Assembly: GCF_003018255.1 (NCBI RefSeq) | Contig: NZ_CP027440.1 | Source of the DNA: Escherichia coli | Lineage (GTDB): Bacteria; Pseudomonadota; Gammaproteobacteria; Enterobacterales; Enterobacteriaceae | Strand: one strand, 5' to 3' | DNA: 64,000 nt | In this document: positions 58,400-64,000 of the stretch, piece after piece | How the letters are laid out: every line of letters begins with the position of its first letter | Position numbering within the stretch: position 1 is the stretch's first letter | Made by a program: the position numbers and the translations under genes | Notes under the pieces: generated by a model | The model's input: the letters and a program-made list of their open reading frames with translations, nothing else | Told to the model about the DNA's origin: nothing | The model's database searches: none

Positions 58400-60049
58400 A
58401 TGAAAAACATCAATCCAACGCAGACCGCTGCCTGGCAGGCACTACAGAAACACTTCGATGAAATGAAAGACGTTACGATCGCCGATCTTTTTGCTAAAGA
58501 CGGCGATCGTTTTTCTAAGTTCTCCGCAACCTTCGACGATCAGATGCTGGTGGATTACTCCAAAAACCGCATCACTGAAGAGACGCTGGCGAAATTACAA
58601 GATCTGGCGAAAGAGTGCGATCTGGCGGGCGCGATTAAGTCGATGTTCTCTGGCGAGAAGATCAACCGCACTGAAAACCGCGCCGTGCTGCACGTAGCGC
58701 TGCGTAACCGTAGCAATACCCCGATTTTGGTTGATGGCAAAGACGTAATGCCGGAAGTCAACGCGGTGCTGGAGAAGATGAAAACCTTCTCGGAAGCGAT
58801 TATCTCCGGTGAGTGGAAGGGTTATACCGGCAAAGCAATCACTGACGTAGTGAACATCGGGATCGGCGGTTCTGACCTCGGCCCGTACATGGTGACCGAA
58901 GCACTGCGTCCGTACAAAAATCACCTGAACATGCACTTTGTTTCTAACGTCGATGGGACTCACATCGCGGAAGTGCTGAAAAAAGTAAACCCGGAAACCA
59001 CGCTGTTCCTGGTAGCATCTAAAACCTTCACCACTCAGGAAACCATGACCAACGCCCATAGTGCGCGTGACTGGTTCCTGAAAGCGGCTGGTGATGAAAA
59101 ACACGTTGCGAAACACTTTGCGGCGCTTTCCACCAATGCCAAAGCCGTTGGCGAGTTTGGTATTGATACTGCCAACATGTTCGAGTTCTGGGACTGGGTT
59201 GGCGGCCGTTACTCTTTGTGGTCAGCAATTGGCCTGTCGATTGTTCTCTCCATCGGCTTTGATAATTTTGTTGAACTGCTTTCTGGCGCACACGCGATGG
59301 ACAAGCATTTCTCCACCACGCCTGCCGAGAAAAACCTGCCTGTCTTGCTGGCGCTGATTGGCATCTGGTACAACAATTTCTTTGGCGCGGAAACTGAAGC
59401 GATTCTGCCGTATGACCAGTATATGCACCGTTTCGCGGCGTACTTCCAGCAGGGCAATATGGAGTCCAACGGTAAGTACGTTGACCGTAACGGTAACGTC
59501 GTGGATTACCAGACTGGCCCGATTATCTGGGGTGAACCCGGCACTAACGGTCAGCACGCGTTCTACCAGCTGATCCACCAGGGAACCAAAATGGTACCGT
59601 GCGATTTCATCGCCCCGGCTATCACCCATAACCCGCTCTCTGATCATCACCAGAAACTGCTGTCTAACTTCTTTGCTCAGACCGAAGCGCTGGCGTTTGG
59701 TAAATCCCGCGAAGTGGTTGAGCAGGAATATCGTGATCAGGGTAAAGATCCGGCAACGCTTGACTACGTGGTGCCGTTCAAAGTGTTCGAAGGTAACCGC
59801 CCGACCAACTCTATCCTGCTGCGCGAAATCACTCCGTTCAGCCTGGGTGCGTTGATTGCGCTGTATGAGCACAAAATCTTTACTCAGGGCGTGATCCTGA
59901 ACATCTTCACCTTCGACCAGTGGGGCGTGGAGCTGGGTAAACAACTGGCGAACCGTATTCTGCCAGAGCTGAAAGATGATAAAGAAATCAGCAGCCACGA
60001 TAGCTCGACCAATGGTCTGATTAACCGCTATAAAGCGTGGCGCGGTTAA
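58400..60049 (+). CDS. pgi: Glucose-6-phosphate isomerase
   Basis: 549-aa product from [19 protein letters not shown]. Confidence 0.97.
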
Positions 60050-60062
60050 TCATTGTCGATAT

Positions 60063-60140
60063 GTAGGCCGGATAAGGCGTTCACGCCGCATCCGGCAACC
60101 GATGCCTGATGCGACGCGGTCGCGTCTTATCAGGCCTACA
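60063..60140. repeat. REP/BIME element downstream of pgi
   Basis: gtaggccggataaggcgttcacgccgcatccggcaa...gcctgatgcgacgc...gcgtcttatcaggcctaca. Confidence 0.6.
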
Positions 60141-60206
60141 GGTCGATGCCGATATGTACATCGTATTCGGCAATTAATACATAGTACGATTGATTAAATA
60201 GCCTTA

Positions 60207-60240
60207 AAAACAATGCCGACTATAAGTCGGCATTGTTTTA
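60207..60240. terminator. Hairpin terminator (A-run / 14-bp stem / T-run; potentially bidirectional)
   Basis: aaaacaatgccgac-tataa-gtcggcattgtttt. Confidence 0.6.
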
Positions 60241-60546
60241 TCAGATAAATCCTCTTGTCTGTCATTTAACGAAAATCATACCGTGAGGTTAATCCTAAAA
60301 TAGATTTTTAATCGTGATTGATTTCGGAAAATACGCAGAGTAATTACTTTTTATTTTATTTTAACTTCATGATTTTTAATCTTATTTATATATAAGTCAA
60401 AGCTTATATTTGATATTCATTCCAATTGTCCTAAAACTCCATCACTAATTCCCTGCGCCGTAATTCGCATGCTTTAGTTGTGTATACTCGATCCCGCCCG
60501 AAATGTTTTGGGTAAATCTCCATTCATTCAATGAAGGGAAATTGTT

Positions 60547-60789
60547 ATGAAAAAAGTTCTGTATGGCATTTTTGCCATATCTGCGCTTGCGGCGACTTCT
60601 GCGTGGGCTGCACCTGTACAGGTGGGCGAAGCGGCAGGATCGGCAGCAACGTCGGTTTCGGCGGGTAGTTCCTCCGCGACCAGCGTCAGCACCGTAAGCT
60701 CGGCGGTGGGTGTCGCGCTCGCGGCAACCGGTGGCGGTGATGGTTCTAATACCGGGACCACCACAACCACGACCACCAGTACCCAGTAA
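60547..60789 (+). CDS. yjbE: Small secreted Ser/Thr/Ala-rich protein YjbE
   Basis: 80-aa ORF with signal peptide and low-complexity tail ending [12 protein letters not shown]; first gene of yjbEFGH. Confidence 0.85.
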
Positions 60790-60903
60790 TAAAGTATGTA
60801 TCCCCAAAATAATTCGAGTCATCGCATCTGAAGCTTGAAGTATGAAGGGGATTAACCATAACCACACTCCGGTGTGGTTATTCTGCCCCTCTGGAGAAGA
60901 GTC

Positions 60904-61542
60904 GTGAAGCGACCTGCACTCATTCTTATCTGCCTGCTATTACAGGCCTGTTCAGCCACGACTAAAGAGCTGGGCAATTCACTATGGGACAGTCTGTTCG
61001 GTACGCCAGGCGTACAGCTGACGGACGATGATATTCAAAATATGCCCTACGCCAGCCAGTACATGCAGCTTAATGGCGGGCCGCAGTTATTTGTGGTGCT
61101 GGCCTTCGCTGAAGACGGACAACAAAAATGGGTCACTCAGGATCAGGCCACCCTTGTCACACAACATGGTCGTCTGGTGAAGACTTTGCTTGGCGGCGAC
61201 AACCTGATTGAAGTGAATAACCTTGCCGCCGACCCGCTGATTAAACCCGCACAAATCATTGATGGTGCAACCTGGACGCGCACGATGGGCTGGACCGAGT
61301 ACCAGCAGGTACGCTACGCCACCGCGCGCTCAGTCTTCAAATGGAATGGCACCGATACCGTCAAAGTCGGCAGCGATGAAACCCCGGTTCGCGTGCTGGA
61401 CGAAGAAGTCTTCACTGACCAGGCGCGCTGGCATAACCGCTATTGGATCGACAGCGAAGGGCAAATTCGCCAGTCGGAACAGTATCTCGGCGCGGATTAC
61501 TTCCCGGTGAAAACCACCCTCATCAAGGCGGCAAAACAATGA
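60904..61542 (+). CDS. yjbF: Lipoprotein YjbF
   Basis: GTG start giving MKRPALILICLLLQAC (lipobox LQAC); 212 aa. Confidence 0.85.
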   Translation: MKRPALILICLLLQACSATTKELGNSLWDSLFGTPGVQLTDDDIQNMPYASQYMQLNGGPQLFVVLAFAEDGQQKWVTQDQATLVTQHGRLVKTLLGGDNLIEVNNLAADPLIKPAQIIDGATWTRTMGWTEYQQVRYATARSVFKWNGTDTVKVGSDETPVRVLDEEVFTDQARWHNRYWIDSEGQIRQSEQYLGADYFPVKTTLIKAAKQ

Positions 61543-62276
61543 TTAAACAAACTATTGTCGCGTTGCTTTTGAGTGCGGGGGCGTCATCAGTCTTCGCGGC
61601 GGGAACCGTCAAGGTGTTCAGCAATGGCAGCAGTGAGGCCAAAACGCTGACGGGCGCAGAGCATTTAATCGATCTGGTAGGCCAACCGCGGCTGGCAAAC
61701 AGCTGGTGGCCCGGAGCGGTGATTAGCGAAGAGCTGGCCACGGCGGCTGCATTGCGTCAGCAGCAGGCGTTGCTGACACGGCTGGCAGAACTGGCTGCAG
61801 ATTCCAGCGCTGACGATGCCGCTGCGATTAACGCCTTACGCCAGCAAATTCAGGCGTTGAAGGTGACGGGCAGGCAAAAAATCAATCTTGATCCTGATAT
61901 CGTCCGCGTTGCCGAACGCGGTAACCCGCCGTTGCAGGGCAACTACACGCTGTGGGTCGGAACGCCGCCGTCCACGGTCACGTTGTTCGGGCTTATCAGT
62001 CGTCCTGGCAAGCAGTCATTCACTCCAGGTCGCGACGTGGCGAGCTATCTCTCTGACCAGAGCCTGCTCAGCGGTGCGGATCGCAGCTACGCGTGGGTGG
62101 TTTACCCGGACGGACGCACGCAAAAAGCGCCGGTGGCTTATTGGAACAAGCGTCACGTAGAGCCGATGCCCGGCAGCATTATTTATGTTGGCCTCGCGGA
62201 CTCCGTCTGGAGTGAGACACCTGATGCCCTTAACGCCGACATTCTTCAGACTCTGACGCAGCGGATACCCCAATAA
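61539..62276 (+). CDS. yjbG: Periplasmic protein YjbG
   Basis: Start [20 protein letters not shown] (signal peptide) overlapping yjbF stop (ATGA); 245 aa. Confidence 0.85.
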   Translation: MIKQTIVALLLSAGASSVFAAGTVKVFSNGSSEAKTLTGAEHLIDLVGQPRLANSWWPGAVISEELATAAALRQQQALLTRLAELAADSSADDAAAINALRQQIQALKVTGRQKINLDPDIVRVAERGNPPLQGNYTLWVGTPPSTVTLFGLISRPGKQSFTPGRDVASYLSDQSLLSGADRSYAWVVYPDGRTQKAPVAYWNKRHVEPMPGSIIYVGLADSVWSETPDALNADILQTLTQRIPQ

Positions 62277-64000
62277 TGAAAAAAAGACATCTGCTTAGCT
62301 TACTGGCGCTGGGCATTAGCACAGCTTGCTACGGCGAAACATATCCTGCGCCCATTGGTCCGTCGCAATCGGATTTCGGTGGCGTAGGATTATTACAAAC
62401 GCCCACCGCGCGCATGGCGCGGGAAGGGGAGCTGAGCCTGAACTATCGCGATAACGATCAGTACCGTTATTACTCAGCTTCAGTGCAACTCTTCCCGTGG
62501 CTGGAAACAACGCTGCGCTATACCGATGTGCGCACCCGGCAGTACAGCAGCGTCGAAGCGTTCTCTGGTGATCAAACGTATAAAGATAAAGCCTTCGATC
62601 TCAAACTGCGTTTGTGGGAAGAGAGTTACTGGCTGCCGCAAGTGGCGGTTGGTGCGCGGGATATCGGCGGTACGGGGCTGTTCGATGCGGAATATCTTGT
62701 CGCCAGCAAAGCCTGGGGGCCATTCGATTTTACGCTCGGCCTGGGCTGGGGATATCTGGGCACCAGCGGTAATGTGAAAAATCCGCTCTGTTCGGCCAGT
62801 GACAAATATTGCTATCGCGATAACAGCTACAAACAAGCGGGATCTATCGACGGCAGCCAGATGTTCCACGGTCCGGCCTCACTGTTTGGCGGCGTGGAAT
62901 ACCAGACGCCCTGGCAACCGCTGCGCCTGAAACTGGAGTATGAAGGCAATAATTATCAGCAGGATTTTGCCGGTAAGCTGGAGCAAAAAAGTAAGTTTAA
63001 CGTCGGGGCGATTTATCGCGTTACCGATTGGGCCGACGTTAACCTTAGCTATGAACGTGGCAACACTTTTATGTTTGGCGTCACGCTGCGCACCAACTTT
63101 AACGATCTGCGCCCGTCCTACAACGATAACGCCCGCCCGCAATATCAACCGCAACCACAGGATGCCATTTTGCAGCATTCGGTGGTGGCGAATCAGTTAA
63201 CGCTGTTGAAATACAACGCCGGACTGGCCGATCCGCAGATCCAGACGAAAGGCGATACGCTGTATGTCACCGGCGAGCAGGTGAAATATCGTGATTCGCG
63301 TGAAGGGATCATCCGTGCTAATCGGATCGTGATGAACGATCTGCCGGATGGGATCAAAACGATCCGCATTACGGAAAATCGCCTTAACATGCCGCAGGTG
63401 ACGACGGAAACCGATGTCGCCAGCCTGAAAAATCATCTCGGCGGAGAGCCGTTGGGCCACGAAACGACGCTGGCGCAAAAACGCGTCGAGCCAGTGGTTC
63501 CGCAGTCCACCGAGCAGGGCTGGTATATCGACAAATCACGCTTTGATTTCCATATCGATCCGGTGCTGAACCAGTCGGTCGGTGGCCCGGAAAACTTTTA
63601 CATGTATCAGCTGGGCGTGATGGGAACGGCGGATTTGTGGCTGACGGACCATCTGCTGACCACCGGCAGCCTGTTTGCTAACCTTGCCAACAACTACGAC
63701 AAGTTTAACTACACTAATCCACCGCAGGACTCGCACTTACCGCGCGTTCGTACCCATGTGCGCGAGTATGTGCAGAACGATGTCTATGTGAATAACCTGC
63801 AAGCCAACTACTTCCAGCATCTGGGCAACGGCTTCTACGGTCAGGTCTACGGAGGTTATCTCGAAACCATGTTTGGCGGTGCGGGGGCAGAAGTGTTGTA
63901 TCGCCCGCTGGACAGCAACTGGGCGTTTGGTGTGGATGCCAACTACGTTAAACAGCGCGACTGGCGTAGTGCAAAAGATATGATGAAATTCACCGACTAC
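62276..64000 (+). CDS. yjbH: Outer-membrane lipoprotein YjbH, 5' part (ORF continues beyond window end)
   Basis: Start [18 protein letters not shown] (lipobox) overlapping yjbG stop; open reading frame runs to nt 64000 without stop. Confidence 0.9.
   Translation, partial: MKKRHLLSLLALGISTACYGETYPAPIGPSQSDFGGVGLLQTPTARMAREGELSLNYRDNDQYRYYSASVQLFPWLETTLRYTDVRTRQYSSVEAFSGDQTYKDKAFDLKLRLWEESYWLPQVAVGARDIGGTGLFDAEYLVASKAWGPFDFTLGLGWGYLGTSGNVKNPLCSASDKYCYRDNSYKQAGSIDGSQMFHGPASLFGGVEYQTPWQPLRLKLEYEGNNYQQDFAGKLEQKSKFNVGAIYRVTDWADVNLSYERGNTFMFGVTLRTNFNDLRPSYNDNARPQYQPQPQDAILQHSVVANQLTLLKYNAGLADPQIQTKGDTLYVTGEQVKYRDSREGIIRANRIVMNDLPDGIKTIRITENRLNMPQVTTETDVASLKNHLGGEPLGHETTLAQKRVEPVVPQSTEQGWYIDKSRFDFHIDPVLNQSVGGPENFYMYQLGVMGTADLWLTDHLLTTGSLFANLANNYDKFNYTNPPQDSHLPRVRTHVREYVQNDVYVNNLQANYFQHLGNGFYGQVYGGYLETMFGGAGAEVLYRPLDSNWAFGVDANYVKQRDWRSAKDMMKFTDY

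Overview
This window reads as a contiguous stretch of an Escherichia coli chromosome (the ~90-91 min region), almost entirely conserved core genes, and I find no convincing evidence of a previously undescribed biological system. Gene order, left to right: secE 3' end, nusG, rplKAJL-rpoBC, thiCEFSGH (minus strand, with TPP riboswitch leader), rsd, nudC, hemE, nfi, yjaG, hupA, yjaH, zraP / zraSR, purHD (minus), a complete rRNA operon matching rrnE (16S, tRNA-Glu, 23S, 5S), yjaB, metA, aceBAK, iclR, metH, yjbB, pepE, a seven-gene L-sorbose PTS operon (sorCDFBAME, minus strand), rluF, yjbD, lysC (with lysine riboswitch leader), pgi, and yjbEFG plus the 5' part of yjbH. The only clear accessory block is the sor operon between pepE and rluF, which is absent from K-12 but is a described system. 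Two other differences from the K-12 arrangement as I recall it are a short rpoC-thiH spacer with no yjaZ/htrC, and aceK directly convergent on iclR with no arpA. All gene names are assigned from recognition of the translated ORFs and synteny, not from a database search. Coordinates of CDS starts were adjusted from the ORF track where the known N-terminus begins at an internal start codon. The many long antisense or overlapping ORFs in the track are treated as artefacts.
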